DNA of 64,000 nt from Eledone cirrhosa (taxonomy: Eukaryota). Of this stretch, positions 1 through 9,741 are shown in pieces. The position numbers and the translations under genes were made by a program. Position 1 is the stretch's first letter; the number at the start of each line of letters is the position of its first letter. The stretch lies in NCBI GenBank assembly GCA_964016885.1, contig OZ024741.1, positions 51,274,001 through 51,338,000 on the forward strand. Reading direction: 5' to 3'. The notes beneath the pieces were generated by a model. The model was not told the DNA's origin, did no database searches, and worked only from the letters and a program-made list of their open reading frames with translations.

Positions 1-89
1 ATTAAAATCAACTGACAACTAAAGAGGTACTCTTAATCATTAATTATCTGATTTGAAGTACCACTTTAGTTGTCAATTGATTTTTTAAA

Positions 90-690
90 AATTCCCACCC
101 ACCTTTCAACATACTGGTTGGAAGGCAGCATTTCCCTCTTCACTCTGAATTTTCTTTTCAGGTGAAACTTAAAAAGTTAATCAGGGCTTCACTGAAGAAG
201 AAAGTGTTTATCTTCAATCCTTTCAAGCGCGTCCACCACAAGACCTCTTTCTCCATCACCACCAGGCAGATAAAAACAGCCTGCCCTTCCCCTCTAATGG
301 TCACAGTTGATAGTCGGATCCATTCCACACGTGACAGCAGGTGTTCGACGTAAACCCACAAGTCAGCAATACTCGAACACTGGACGAGTGCGTGCAGGAC
401 GGTTTCGTCGCCCTGCGCGCATCTCAGACAGGCCCGGCTGATGGCACTTCAATGCCTATGAAGTTTATCTCGAACTAGTAAAGCTCCTTGGTAGCACCGC
501 AGGCCAGGGATTTCTGAAAGTTATACATGAGCCCTGGACTGAAAGAGTGACTAGCTGATTTTCGTCAACCCCAGAGTCTCTTCAACAACGTCGTCGTTTT
601 TACCCACCACTAAACCTCCATAAAAAGCCAAGCCAAGGTGGAGTTTCAACCGATCGTACTTCCTGATTGGCTGAGGGCTGTGAGTACTTG
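90..690 (-). mobile_element. Decayed 3' end of a Tx1/L1-type LINE ORF2 (zf-RVT zinc knuckle)
   Basis: Minus-strand translation CYQGALLVRDKLHRH*SAISRACLRCAQGDETVLHALVQCSSIADLWVYVEHLLSR...KEVLWWTRLKGL contains the CxxC..ET..H...C motif of L1/Tx1 ORF2 C-termini; stop and frameshift present. Confidence 0.75.
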
Positions 691-1395
691 AAGACATTCC
701 AATTTCTAAGGTACTTTTGGTCAAGTGGGCAAAATTTTGTGTTTGGGTAGTCACATAGTGCCTACGTACCACCGTGGGTCTCGGATGTTACCCTAGATGT
801 ATTCATTTTTTAAGTATTTATATTAGCGATGTTTCTAGCCAGGTTAGGTGCGGTGGAGTAGGAATTCCTAACAGTATTTCAATTGGGGTGGTGTAATATT
901 TGTGCTGTGTGGAGAAATACTTCTTAAAAAAGGTGAAAACCTTTTCAGTTATTGGTATGGACACTTTAAATGGTAGTTATACCAACTTATTTGTCTACGC
1001 CTATTTCGGTTAGGAGGGTCTGGGTGTGCTTTCTATGTAGGTAACTTGTTTGCCTTAAATCCACGACAGACTAGGGCTTCATTATAGTAGGGAGAGAACT
1101 CACTAAATATGTTCTCGTTGGTCAAGAAAACCGAGATCCAGTGAGATATATTCCTAACGAAGATTTTGTTATATTGGTCAGGTGGTTGGTGTGTATGTTG
1201 ATGTATTTTAGGGACCCATTTGGTTTGTGCTAAGGGTAGTTAAGGGAGGTTGCTAAATCTAAGGTGACATCCAGGAAATGTGCTCTAGAATGTTGTAACA
1301 TACAGCCCAAAGAAACTATGGATAATGATACCGACAAATATTATCTGATTTTCCTGATGATTTCATATGAACGAGACAGATCTAGTCCTGTAGAA

Positions 1396-1484
<89 letters not shown>

Positions 1485-1494
1485 AACCAGTAAG

Positions 1495-1587
1495 ACCCGA
1501 CAGCTGAGCTCAAGCCGTTTCGACGGCTAATTCTGGACTAAATGAACATTTATCCTGGTATTTAAATAGCCGATCTTCTCAAGGGGT
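1495..1587 (-). ncRNA. Type I hammerhead ribozyme, U3:A8 variant (PLE copy 1; one G missing in stem I)
   Basis: ACCCC-UUGAGAA-GA(U)CGGCUA..UAGCCGUC-GAAA-CGGC UUGAGCUCA GCU-GUC-GGGU. Confidence 0.75.
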
Positions 1588-2685
1588 AATTCCATATATG
1601 GTCAAAGTGATTGTCAAAAATCAGTAGTAATTCTGTGGTTGCAAATTAGTAGGGGAGATGGTGGCTAAACCTGCCAGTAGGAGAAAGAGGGGAGGGGGTG
1701 GAGTAGACCCAATCAAGCGTTGGTAGTGCCAGCTACAGCTGGGCATGAGGTCAAAGAAGATACAGGGGAGGGGGAGGGGGAGGAAGTCGGAACGGTAGGT
1801 AGAACAATGGGGGGTAAAAATAGGAAAGAAAAAATACTGAGAGTGAAGAAAAGCAAATAAGTGTAAAGAAAAAATTAAATTCTACGACCTAGGTGTCAGG
1901 CTATTGTTAGGCGAGAATAAAATAAAAAAAGAAAGAAAGAAGTAAATAAATAAATAAATAAATAAATAAGGAAATAAGTAAAAGAACTAGGTGGGACGAA
2001 TTAGGCAAGGACCCTTTTAAGAGGTATAAGTACGTAAATGATACGGTGACTGGTCAACAAAAGGGGCCAAAATACTAAAGAGACTACCACGAAATAAACA
2101 ATAAAGGTTTCCATCCCGGGCCAGCAACGACCCAGTGCAGCAAAGTGAACTTGTACGACATAATAATTCTGAGTCCCGGGAAAAATATATACTAATGCTA
2201 ACTCTAAAAGATCTAAAACAAGCTACATGAAAGTTCGTACGAAATAAAGGTAGAATACGGAGAAATAAGTTCAGAATCCACCCCGCCCAGAAGAAAAGCG
2301 AAGCAAGAAATACTGAAACGAAAAAATAAGGCATAAGTGCCACTAAGAAATATAGAGGGCACAGAGAATAGTGGGAGCGGTCGGAAAAGGGGGGCAAGTA
2401 TCCGGGGTCTAAGCCAACTGCTATAAAGGGCGGAGTCCGCCAAATCTATCAAAGACTAGGGGAGGGGGGAGTGGGGGTACTAAGGCTACATGGGGCCAAA
2501 GGGCAGCCTCGGGTGGGCGAGAAAAGACGCCGACAAAGGAGAAGAGCTGGGGTAGAAGGACAAAGGAGAGAGGGGGGAAGGAAATAAAGGATGCGATAAA
2601 AGAATACAAAGAAGATCTTACGTCTTCCTTGGCAAGCAGGGGTTACCCATTGCAAAATCGGCAACTGGGGTGTTATAGCCCTAGT

Positions 2686-4839
2686 CTACCCCCCCGGGTC
2701 ATTATGGGGTTTGAGGGCGAGGTAAGTCCTACGCAATCCATGTTTACATGCAGTAACCAGTTCATCTTTCTTGTTTAGGAGTTGGTCCGTCGAAAACAGC
2801 ATTTGTAAAGTTTCCTCCGAGCATAAATTGCACGGACGGCGTCCTCCCGTGTAAGAATTGGCTCTGGACAGTAATCTCCAAGTGAGATCATAGGTGATGT
2901 TGTTGTCCTTGAGGTCCCATATGTGGCCCGAAAGTGTAGTGGCGTGACGCCGGGCCGGGTTTCGGAAGGTATGTTTATGTTGGTATAGCCGGGTCTTGAA
3001 GTCACATGCGGTAAGTCCTATATAGGCTTTGTTGGAGGTATCCGTCCTCACGTTGCACTGGTAGATCACATTACGGTCTCTGCATCTATTGTCGAGTGGG
3101 CAAATAGATCTATCCGGGCAGTTACACCTCCTGGTCGGTTCTCCACTGCTATTTAGGTTATTTCTGCCATCGGGGTTGAGTTTTTTGTTGTTAGAGGAGA
3201 CGATGTTTTGTGCGAAGTTTGGTGTAGTGCTGTAAGAGAGTTTGATGGTATTTTTGTTAATTATGTTGTGGTAGCGGTGTTGTAATGGGAAGTGTTTTTC
3301 AATGAGCCTAAAGAATAGTTTCCCGATGGGAGTAGTCACCTCTGCGTTGTGGGGAGGATTGAACCATGTTACATTGCGTGAGCGGCGGTGTCTCCTGCTG
3401 GTTCCGCTAATGGGATCTGGACAGTAGGATATTTCCTCCCGGAAACCACTCCGCTTGAGGGCCTGGTTGTAATAAGGCGCATGTTCATCGAATATCCGCT
3501 CATTAGCTGACAAACGGGATATGCGGAGGGAGATGTTTTTGACCAGGTTGTTTGTGATGTTCCTAGGATGGTTTGATCGGCGGTGGATGTAGTGCAGATT
3601 GTCATTAGGTTTCCTGTATGGGTAGTACAGGTCGTTTTCGAGGTCGAGGGTTACGTCCAGGAAGTTTACTCGGGTCAGGGACGTTTGTAGGGTTATTTTA
3701 AATCCCCAGTCGCGGAAGAATCTGATTAATTGTTTCCGGACCCGATCTGTACTACTGGGGTTGTACCCTTTAAGGGTAAGGAGCCCATCATCACGGTACA
3801 ATCCACCACCGAATGCAGGAAACATATCAGTGAGTTTGGCTATTAGGAATAATCCTATAAGATCAGTGACCTCCGCCGAATCCGTGGCGCCCATGCTGAC
3901 GTCGAAGGGTGAGTCGGGAGCTCTTTTTATCCATTTAGAGTCGTCAAAGAGTAAGACTGTCTTCCTGGCGTGGAGGATGATTTTTCTTTCCTGGTCGGTG
4001 ATGGGCACGAGTGTTTCGGCGAAGTCCAAGGCGGCAGTAAGTAGCGGTAAGGTGATTGAAGCATAGTAGCTCTCTATGTCGAACTGTATGAATTTAGTTT
4101 CTCGTTTATCCTCCATATTGCTGAACCAGGAGATTACTTCCTGGGTGTTGATCCATAGGCTAAGTCGGGTGTGTTGCTTGACTTTTGGTATCACGCGGTC
4201 TAGGATTTTTTTGCTGATTCTCCCTATGTCGGACTTCGTTGGGTTAATAAGCCTGATGGAGGGTTTACGGTCAAAATCGGATTTATGGTCCTTCAGTGTG
4301 AAGTATGGTGTCCGTGGGTCTAGAGGTTCCGTGCGGTCGGCGACCCCGAGGCTGGAGGTGATTTGTTGTCCATCTCGATTTATGTCCTCGATGCAAGAGT
4401 GGTTGGCCTTTTTATAGGTGGAGTTTAGGCTGCTCCTGATCAGTGTGTGGTATCTGTCAGGGTTGACAAAGTATAGGTTCCCAGTTTTATCCGAATGCAC
4501 CATGATGTCATTTGTGTTATCATACTCTGTTAAGTTGCTACGGAGTTTTTGTAGGAATCGGTTGTGTCTGGGTTTAAATTTAATGTTCTTGACCAGTTGG
4601 AAGAGGTCATTCTCGAAGGGTGCGAGCAAGGGGTTCAGGGGCGGAGATTTGTAGGTAATAAATCCGAATCTCTCCTTGGTGCCGAAGTCGTGGTTGTCGC
4701 AATATCTGTCATAGAAAAAAGTTCTCCATCTAAGTCTTTTCGCAAATAGATCAATTTTTTGCGTGAGCATCCGAAGGTAAAGTTTTTTCGGTGGGATTGG
4801 GATGTTCTTGGTAGAGAAGTCAATGTTGTGTTTTCGCAT
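2686..4839 (-). CDS. PLE polyprotein copy 1: reverse transcriptase + CxCx5C linker + C-terminal GIY-YIG endonuclease (717 aa from ATG)
   Basis: Motifs FDIESYYASI (RT A), VSMGATDSAEV (B'), YRDDG (C), NFLDV, CNCPDRSIC linker, VIYQC...KAYIGLT..FKTRLYQH (GIY-YIG), CNLC. ATG at 4839; the upstream TTG extension runs into the ribozyme/tail region. Confidence 0.93.
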   Translation of the reverse strand: MRKHNIDFSTKNIPIPPKKLYLRMLTQKIDLFAKRLRWRTFFYDRYCDNHDFGTKERFGFITYKSPPLNPLLAPFENDLFQLVKNIKFKPRHNRFLQKLRSNLTEYDNTNDIMVHSDKTGNLYFVNPDRYHTLIRSSLNSTYKKANHSCIEDINRDGQQITSSLGVADRTEPLDPRTPYFTLKDHKSDFDRKPSIRLINPTKSDIGRISKKILDRVIPKVKQHTRLSLWINTQEVISWFSNMEDKRETKFIQFDIESYYASITLPLLTAALDFAETLVPITDQERKIILHARKTVLLFDDSKWIKRAPDSPFDVSMGATDSAEVTDLIGLFLIAKLTDMFPAFGGGLYRDDGLLTLKGYNPSSTDRVRKQLIRFFRDWGFKITLQTSLTRVNFLDVTLDLENDLYYPYRKPNDNLHYIHRRSNHPRNITNNLVKNISLRISRLSANERIFDEHAPYYNQALKRSGFREEISYCPDPISGTSRRHRRSRNVTWFNPPHNAEVTTPIGKLFFRLIEKHFPLQHRYHNIINKNTIKLSYSTTPNFAQNIVSSNNKKLNPDGRNNLNSSGEPTRRCNCPDRSICPLDNRCRDRNVIYQCNVRTDTSNKAYIGLTACDFKTRLYQHKHTFRNPARRHATTLSGHIWDLKDNNITYDLTWRLLSRANSYTGGRRPCNLCSEETLQMLFSTDQLLNKKDELVTACKHGLRRTYLALKPHNDPGG

Positions 4840-5024
4840 GGTGCGGGTGAAATGAATTGAGCTTAGCGGAAAAGTCTGGATACGGCGTGGTAGGGTCGGA
4901 AAGTGCTCTACTACGGGAGTAGGAGCTAGATAACGAAGGAAATGTGGTAAGGAACCAGGTGGACCATAACGCACCAAAGTACTCAATACTTGAGGTAGTA
5001 GAGTGGGTAATAGGAACCAGTAAG

Positions 5025-5118
5025 ACCCCGACAGCTGAGCTCAAGCCGTTTCGACGGCTAATTCTGGACTAAATGAACATTTATCCTGGTATTTAAATAG
5101 CCGATCTTCTCAAGGGGT
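5025..5118 (-). ncRNA. Type I hammerhead ribozyme, U3:A8 variant (PLE copy 2)
   Basis: Stem I ACCCC/GGGGU, core UUGAGAA, stem II GA.CGGCUA/UAGCCG.UC with an internal hairpin, GAAA, stem III ACGGC/GCUGU with palindromic loop UGAGCUCA; predicted cut after GUC, between 5030 and 5029. Confidence 0.85.
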
Positions 5119-6213
5119 AATTCCATATATGGTCAAAGTGATTGTCAAAAATCAGTAGTAATTCTGTGGTTGCAAATTAGTAGGGGAGATGGTGGCTAAA
5201 CCTGCCAGTAGGAGAAAGAGGGGAGGGGGTGGAGTAGACCCAATCAAGCGTTGGTAGTGCCAGCTACAGCTGGGCATGAGGTCAAAGAAGATACAGGGGA
5301 GGGGGAGGGGGAGGAAGTCGGAACGGTAGGTAGAACAATGGGGGGTAAAAATAGGAAAGAAAAAATACTGAGAGTGAAGAAAAGCAAATAAGTGTAAAGA
5401 AAAAATTAAATTCTACGACCTAGGTGTCAGGCTATTGTTAGGCGAGAATAAAATAAAAAAAGAAAGAAAGAAGTAAATAAATAAATAAATAAATAAATAA
5501 GGAAATAAGTAAAAGAACTAGGTGGGACGAATTAGGCAAGGACCCTTTTAAGAGGTATAAGTACGTAAATGATACGGTGACTGGTCAACAAAAGGGGCCA
5601 AAATACTAAAGAGACTACCACGAAATAAACAATAAAGGTTTCCATCCCCGGCCAGCAACGACTCAGTGCAGCAAAGTGAACTTGTACGACATAATAATTC
5701 TGAGTCCCGGGAAAAATATATACTAATGCTAACTCTAAAAGATCTAAAACAAGCTACATGAAAGTTCGTACGAAATAAAGGTAGAATACGGAGAAATAAG
5801 TTCAGAATCCACCCCGCCCAGAAGAAAAGCGAAGCAAGAAATACTGAAACGAAAAAATAAGGCATAAGTGCCACTAAGAAATATAGAGGGCACAGAGAAT
5901 AGTGGGAGCGGTCGGAAAAGGGGGGCAAGTATCCGGGGTCTAAGCCAACTGCTATAAAGGGCGGAGTCCGCCAAATCTATCAAAGACTAGGGGAGGGGGG
6001 AGTGGGGGTACTAAGGCTACATGGGGCCAAAGGGCAGCCTCGGGTGGGCGAGAAAAGACGCCGACAAAGGAGAAGAGCTGGGGTAGAAGGACAAAGGAGA
6101 GAGGGGGGAAGGAAATAAAGGATGCGATAAAAGAATACAAAGATCTTACGTCTTCCTTGGCAAGCAGGGGTTACCCATTGCAAAATCGGCAACTGGGGTG
6201 TTATAGCCCTAGT

Positions 6214-8367
6214 CTACCCCCCCGGGTCATTATGGGGTTTGAGGGCGAGGTAAGTCCTACGCAATCCATGTTTACATGCAGTAACCAGTTCATCTTTCTT
6301 GTTTAGGAGTTGGTCCGTCGAAAACAGCATTTGTAAAGTTTCCTCCGAGCATAAATTGCACGGACGGCGTCCTCCCGTGTAAGAATTGGCTCTGGACAGT
6401 AATCTCCAAGTGAGATCATAGGTGATGTTGTTGTCCTTGAGGTCCCATATGTGGCCCGAAAGTGTAGTGGCGTGACGCCGGGCCGGGTTTCGGAAGGTAT
6501 GTCTATGTTGGTATAGCCGGGTCTTGAAGTCACATGCGGTAAGTCCTATATAGGCTTTGTTGGAGGTATCCGTCCTCACGTTGCACTGGTAGATCACATT
6601 ACGGTCTCTGCATCTATTGTCGAGTGGGCAAATAGATCTATCCGGGCAGTTACACCTCCTGGTCGGTTCTCCACTGCTATTTAGGTTATTTCTGCCATCG
6701 GGGTTGAGTTTTTTGTTGTTAGAGGAGACGATGTTTTGTGCGAAGTTTGGTGTAGTGCTGTAAGAGAGTTTGATGGTATTTTTGTTAATTATGTTGTGGT
6801 AGCGGTGTTGTAATGGGAAGTGTTTTTCAATGAGCCTAAAGAATAGTTTCCCGATGGGAGTAGTCACCTCTGCGTTGTGGGGAGGATTGAACCATGTTAC
6901 ATTGCGTGAGCGGCGGTGTCTCCTGCTGGTTCCGCTAATGGGATCTGGACAGTAGGATATTTCCTCCCGGAAACCACTCCGCTTGAGGGCCTGGTTGTAA
7001 TAAGGCGCATGTTCATCGAATATCCGCTCATTAGCTGACAAACGGGATATGCGGAGGGAGATGTTTTTGACCAGGTTGTTTGTGATGTTCCTAGGATGGT
7101 TTGATCGGCGGTGGATGTAGTGCAGATTGTCATTAGGTTTCCTGTATGGGTAGTACAGGTCGTTTTCGAGGTCGAGGGTTACGTCCAGGAAGTTTACTCG
7201 GGTCAGGGACGTTTGTAGGGTTATTTTAAATCCCCAGTCGCGGAAGAATCTGATTAATTGTTTCCGGACCCGATCTGTACTACTGGGGTTGTACCCTTTA
7301 AGGGTAAGGAGCCCATCATCACGGTACAATCCACCACCGAATGCAGGAAACATATCAGTGAGTTTGGCTATTAGGAATAATCCTATAAGATCAGTGACCT
7401 CCGCCGAATCCGTGGCGCCCATGCTGACGTCGAAGGGTGAGTCGGGAGCTCTTTTTATCCATTTAGAGTCGTCAAAGAGTAAGACTGTCTTCCTGGCGTG
7501 GAGGATGATTTTTCTTTCCTGGTCGGTGATGGGCACGAGTGTTTCGGCGAAGTCCAAGGCGGCAGTAAGTAGCGGTAAGGTGATTGAAGCATAGTAGCTC
7601 TCTATGTCGAACTGTATGAATTTAGTTTCTCGTTTATCCTCCATATTGCTGAACCAGGAGATTACTTCCTGGGTGTTGATCCATAGGCTAAGTCGGGTGT
7701 GTTGCTTGACTTTTGGTATCACGCGGTCTAGGATTTTTTTGCTGATTCTCCCTATGTCGGACTTCGTTGGGTTAATAAGCCTGATGGAGGGTTTACGGTC
7801 AAAATCGGATTTATGGTCCTTCAGTGTGAAGTATGGTGTCCGTGGGTCTAGAGGTTCCGTGCGGTCGGCGACCCCGAGGCTGGAGGTGATTTGTTGTCCA
7901 TCTCGATTTATGTCCTCGATGCAAGAGTGGTTGGCCTTTTTATAGGTGGAGTTTAGGCTGCTCCTGATCAGTGTGTGGTATCTGTCAGGGTTGACAAAGT
8001 ATAGGTTCCCAGTTTTATCCGAATGCACCATGATGTCATTTGTGTTATCATACTCTGTTAAGTTGCTACGGAGTTTTTGTAGGAATCGGTTGTGTCTGGG
8101 TTTAAATTTAATGTTCTTGACCAGTTGGAAGAGGTCATTCTCGAAGGGTGCGAGCAAGGGGTTCAGGGGCGGAGATTTGTAGGTAATAAATCCGAATCTC
8201 TCCTTGGTGCCGAAGTCGTGGTTGTCGCAATATCTGTCATAGAAAAAAGTTCTCCATCTAAGTCTTTTCGCAAATAGATCAATTTTTTGCGTGAGCATCC
8301 GAAGGTAAAGTTTTTTCGGTGGGATTGGGATGTTCTTGGTAGAGAAGTCAATGTTGTGTTTTCGCAT
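6214..8367 (-). CDS. PLE polyprotein copy 2 (RT + GIY-YIG), 717 aa
   Basis: Same as copy 1 except HKH>HRH; ORF intact. Confidence 0.93.
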   Translation of the reverse strand: MRKHNIDFSTKNIPIPPKKLYLRMLTQKIDLFAKRLRWRTFFYDRYCDNHDFGTKERFGFITYKSPPLNPLLAPFENDLFQLVKNIKFKPRHNRFLQKLRSNLTEYDNTNDIMVHSDKTGNLYFVNPDRYHTLIRSSLNSTYKKANHSCIEDINRDGQQITSSLGVADRTEPLDPRTPYFTLKDHKSDFDRKPSIRLINPTKSDIGRISKKILDRVIPKVKQHTRLSLWINTQEVISWFSNMEDKRETKFIQFDIESYYASITLPLLTAALDFAETLVPITDQERKIILHARKTVLLFDDSKWIKRAPDSPFDVSMGATDSAEVTDLIGLFLIAKLTDMFPAFGGGLYRDDGLLTLKGYNPSSTDRVRKQLIRFFRDWGFKITLQTSLTRVNFLDVTLDLENDLYYPYRKPNDNLHYIHRRSNHPRNITNNLVKNISLRISRLSANERIFDEHAPYYNQALKRSGFREEISYCPDPISGTSRRHRRSRNVTWFNPPHNAEVTTPIGKLFFRLIEKHFPLQHRYHNIINKNTIKLSYSTTPNFAQNIVSSNNKKLNPDGRNNLNSSGEPTRRCNCPDRSICPLDNRCRDRNVIYQCNVRTDTSNKAYIGLTACDFKTRLYQHRHTFRNPARRHATTLSGHIWDLKDNNITYDLTWRLLSRANSYTGGRRPCNLCSEETLQMLFSTDQLLNKKDELVTACKHGLRRTYLALKPHNDPGG

Positions 8368-8552
8368 GGTGCGGGTGAAATGAATTGAGCTTAGCGGAAA
8401 AGTCTGGATACGGCGTGGTAGGGTCGGAAAGTGCTCTACTACGGGAGTAGGAGCTAGATAACGAAGGAAATGTGGTAAGGAACCAGGTGGACCATAACGC
8501 ACCAAAGTACTCAATACTTGAGGTAGTAGAGTGGGTAATAGGAACCAGTAAG

Positions 8553-8646
8553 ACCCCGACAGCTGAGCTCAAGCCGTTTCGACGGCTAATTCTGGACTAA
8601 ATGAACATTTATCCTGGTATTTAAATAGCCGATCTTCTCAAGGGGT
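8553..8646 (-). ncRNA. Type I hammerhead ribozyme, U3:A8 variant (PLE copy 3)
   Basis: Same sequence as 5025-5118. Confidence 0.85.
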
Positions 8647-9741
8647 AATTCCATATATGGTCAAAGTGATTGTCAAAAATCAGTAGTAATTCTGTGGTTG
8701 CAAATTAGTAGGGGAGATGGTGGCTAAACCTGCCAGTAGGAGAAAGAGGGGAGGGGGTGGAGTAGACCCAATCAAGCGTTGGTAGTGCCAGCTACAGCTG
8801 GGCATGAGGTCAAAGAAGATACAGGGGAGGGGGAGGGGGAGGAAGTCGGAACGGTAGGTAGAACAATGGGGGGTAAAAATAGGAAAGAAAAAATACTGAG
8901 AGTGAAGAAAAGCAAATAAGTGTAAAGAAAAAATTAAATTCTACGACCTAGGTGTCAGGCTATTGTTAGGCGAGAATAAAATAAAAAAAGAAAGAAAGAA
9001 GTAAATAAATAAATAAATAAATAAATAAGGAAATAAGTAAAAGAACTAGGTGGGACGAATTAGGCAAGGACCCTTTTAAGAGGTATAAGTACGTAAATGA
9101 TACGGTGACTGGTCAACAAAAGGGGCCAAAATACTAAAGAGACTACCACGAAATAAACAATAAAGGTTTCCATCCCCGGCCAGCAACGACTCAGTGCAGC
9201 AAAGTGAACTTGTACGACATAATAATTCTGAGTCCCGGGAAAAATATATACTAATGCTAACTCTAAAAGATCTAAAACAAGCTACATGAAAGTTCGTACG
9301 AAATAAAGGTAGAATACGGAGAAATAAGTTCAGAATCCACCCCGCCCAGAAGAAAAGCGAAGCAAGAAATACTGAAACGAAAAAATAAGGCATAAGTGCC
9401 ACTAAGAAATATAGAGGGCACAGAGAATAGTGGGAGCGGTCGGAAAAGGGGGGCAAGTATCCGGGGTCTAAGCCAACTGCTATAAAGGGCGGAGTCCGCC
9501 AAATCTATCAAAGACTAGGGGAGGGGGGAGTGGGGGTACTAAGGCTACATGGGGCCAAAGGGCAGCCTCGGGTGGGCGAGAAAAGACGCCGACAAAGGAG
9601 AAGAGCTGGGGTAGAAGGACAAAGGAGAGAGGGGGGAAGGAAATAAAGGATGCGATAAAAGAATACAAAGATCTTACGTCTTCCTTGGCAAGCAGGGGTT
9701 ACCCATTGCAAAATCGGCAACTGGGGTGTTATAGCCCTAGT

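Noticed and set aside
2610-2630. Intron donor (AC|GTAAGA, - strand) in the PLE UTR
   Set aside because: PLEs can carry introns, but no acceptor can be assigned without transcript data.
2017-2664. Short ORFs in the PLE non-coding region and antisense ORFs within the RT
   Set aside because: No recognisable motifs; they recur only because the unit is triplicated.
4840-4986. 49-aa N-terminal extension of the PLE ORF from TTG
   Set aside because: Non-ATG start inside the ribozyme tail; copy 3 lacks most of it; the ATG at 4839 precedes the conserved-looking FSTKNIP start.
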